This document shows, in pieces, positions 61,027 to 64,000 of a stretch of 64,000 bases of DNA. The position numbers and the translations under genes are program-made. Below the pieces are notes generated by a model, which saw only the letters and a program-made list of their open reading frames with translations, was not told the origin of the DNA and made no database searches. The DNA comes from Podarcis liolepis (taxonomy: Eukaryota): NCBI GenBank assembly GCA_965112155.1, contig OZ218103.1. The stretch is one strand, 5' to 3'. Numbering within the stretch: position 1 is the first letter of the stretch; the number at the start of each line of letters is the position of its first letter.

Positions 61027-64000
61027 ATCCCTGTTTAGATCTCTGTGTAGCAGTCCTCACAGAATCTACCCAGGAAATGTTATATGGCTCTACCTATTTG
61101 CTCCATTATAATACCCTCAAGATAGGGTTTTAGATGCTAGAGAAATTTGCAAGCTGCTGCAGTTCCACCAAACCTGTGGCTATCTGTGCCCCTTGCAGAC
61201 CCTCCCTCCATCTCCCTCTCTCCCAGCTGCCGAACACACTAAGTTCTGTCCAATATACGTCTGCACCAAGAACCCAACCCAATCAAGAGGAGAATTCAGT
61301 GGCACACAATGATCAGCACCAGCCAGAAGTCTCAAGTGTAAAGCATGTTACCTCTTCATTTCTCTGTAAACTCAGCAGTTAGTGAACTGGAAAATAACTA
61401 GTATACAATATTCCAGAAAATATGCACAAAGTTTTGTTTTGTTTTTTTGCTGGCGCATATGCAATAGTACTTAAGCCTGAATGGGAATACAGATTGTCAT
61501 GTACAAAAGCCTTTTGGAACTAAGGGGAAAGCTCTGAAGTGCCTGAAAATGACAGATGGCTTGAAGCAGGACTCGATATTGAATAAGTCAGAGCCTCTGT
61601 CCACCTACGGCAAGCAGCACAGAAGTACATTGCCTGGTAAAGTTGATACAAGCTCTAGAGGATTAGACAGAGCCTGGTAGCTGGACATTCATGTTTGCCC
61701 AGCCAGCTAAGTAAACAAGCAGAATCTTGGGATTTACATTTGAAGGAAGGGATGAGAAGGAGAGCATAATAGGAATAAAGTGGGTTTTTGTTCTTCCAGT
61801 AATTCCTAGTGGTGATTTTGTCTAGCCTGTGTCCCCAGGGCTAATGAAACTTTAACTGAATTACATCAGAAATAGGCATCCGTTCAAGTATTGCCTCAGC
61901 AGGACTCTAAGGGCTGCTAAAAAGTGACTCGAGAAACAAAACACAGGATAGTGAGGCCATTTAAAGCATAATACTTAGATAGATATCTATTGGCTGACGT
62001 GGAAATCTAAGTTACACGGAGCATGCTCCAGACTTCTCAGAGCTAAAGTTCCTGATGGAAGTCAGAAGCACTACTGGCCTACTGGAAGAGGATTTAGGAA
62101 GGGAGTGCAAGTTACCTCATTTTTTTTTCTTTCTTTCTTCATAAAAACTAGCATTAGCCACTAAAATAAATCTTGGACGAAACACCGTTACTTACTGATC
62201 CTATTAAAGACTCTTTAGATGTTGGAAGGCATGGATATTTATCGGGGCCAGACCATGCCATTTTGCTGTCTGAGGCAAAAGACAACATGTCATCCCTATT
62301 TTTTTAATCCAGTCCATTCCAGCTGGACAGATCATTGAATCTTACTTCAACACTGGTGACCTGGGGGCAGGAGGCTAGCCTAGCGGTGCAGAGCAGGCCA
62401 CATGGAATCCACAGCTCTGTCCTCTGCTGCTTCATTGTGGCCACCCTGTCCCCAGCATCTGCCACCTGAGGAACCTGCTTCACTCTGCCCAACGGTAGCA
62501 CCAGCCCTTAACGTTTAGGGTATATCTCCTCTCTCTTGACTTTGGGTCTTAGTTGTGGATCCCATCCAGAAGAGGAAGAACTACTAGTTCTACCAACAAC
62601 CTGCATCAAGCAAGACGAATATTAAACTAAGACCAGCAGCACCATCCTATGTGTGATCAGTCAGAAATACGTCCCAACCCATTCAATGGCACTTATACTT
62701 TTCCACAGGATTGCAGTCTAATAACTCTTAAAGAGTCCTACTACACCAGGAATGGGGAACCTATGACCATTCAGATGTTGCTACACTACATCTCCTGTCG
62801 TATCTGACCACTGGTTATACTGGTGGAGGCTTACTGGAGTCCAGCAACATCTGCAGGACCACATGTCCCCCATTCCTCTTCTATACCTTATGCAAAATAA
62901 GGTAGTAGATTCTGTACTATACCTCCTCAAGTCTTCAGTTTTCTCTCTTACAATCACAACCCATGTCGTTAAACCAGCAGATCAAGGAATTTGGGGGTAA
63001 AAACGTTTCAAACAAACAAACAAGTACAAACAATCTGAGTTACACAAAATCTCAGCAATTATAAACAGGAGGAAAAAGCAAAACAAGAGCCATTCACAAT
63101 AGCCTTATTCAGTTTGATGCCCCCAGCAACATCTGCTCATCTTAATAGAAACCATTTTTCTCTTCTGTTTTCAAACAGAGAAAATGAGGGGGAAATCCTC
63201 TGGATCTTGCTGGGAAGTCACTAGATGGAGCTCTAGGTAGTAGATCTGATTTCCATTACAGGCTGAGCTGCAGTGTAACCTTTGCATCCTTAGGACCAAA
63301 CTTTATTTCACTGAAAAGAGCTATTATTCAAGCCCTTTGGGTACAGCTCCTGCTCTGCTGTACATCAAAAGCAGCAAAAGAAAAACAGAACCTACTCAGG
63401 CTACAATGGGGGAATTCTACAAAGGGATCTAGTGTCAGAAATCTGGCCGTGACATCACCCTGATGATTGCAAACCTTTCAAGAAGCCCATGTCATGTAAG
63501 TGATGAAATGGACTCTTAGTACGTGAAAGCTTACATCACAATATACTTGATAGTCCTTCAGGTGCCACATACTAATGGAGCTACGGTATATTTCCAGAAT
63601 TTTTTAGTTTCCAGAATTTGTGGAGTGATTGTAAATTCAAGCCTGTTTCTTCATGCCCTGGGATATTCCTGTTATTCTTTTCTCCTATCGTGGCAGGGAA
63701 TGCAGTAATTAGGCTATATTTTCATCTTCATCTTACTTGCTTCTTCTTAGTTGAGCTCAGAGCTCCCCAAAGGGTATCCACTTAAGTTTGCGTTTTCGGC
63801 AATGTCATTTGTCCTGACGTTAATTATGTGAATGCAATGAAGGTGCGTGTTTTTCGTTATGTAAAATAGTGGTCGCAGGGAAGCCTGAATCACCTTTGCC
63901 ACGCTCATTCTCTCTTCTATGGTTTGGACAAAACAAAACGAAAATCCCTGCTATTTGTGCTTCAGGTGAAGCCTCCATTGGCTAGTCCGACCCAGAGTGA

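Overview
Vertebrate genomic DNA. The repeat content (Sauria SINEs, BovB/RTE, L2, CR1, hAT and Tc1/mariner MITEs) points to a squamate, most likely a lacertid lizard. The window covers the conserved C1orf52-BCL10-DDAH1 block, all on the minus strand: complete 3-exon C1orf52 (193 aa), complete 3-exon BCL10 (239 aa), and the last two coding exons of DDAH1. Between the BCL10 promoter and the DDAH1 3' end is a complete, apparently very young 6,622-bp Ty3/gypsy chromovirus of the Tf1/sushi type (35993-42614), with 792-bp LTRs that look identical and a GTTGT target-site duplication. Its cis-signals can be read directly: an 11-nt self-priming site instead of a tRNA PBS, and a PEG10-like G-GGA-AAC -1 frameshift site followed by an H-type pseudoknot. 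The most unusual feature is that pol does not stop after the chromodomain. It runs ~380 more codons through the PPT and the whole U3 of the 3' LTR. The chromodomain lacks its aromatic-cage residues, and the acidic tail carries FxGF/DxFG motifs resembling TND/LEDGF-binding motifs, which suggests a possible alternative integration-targeting module (inference). Two assembly gaps (11769-11967, 54790-54932) are present.
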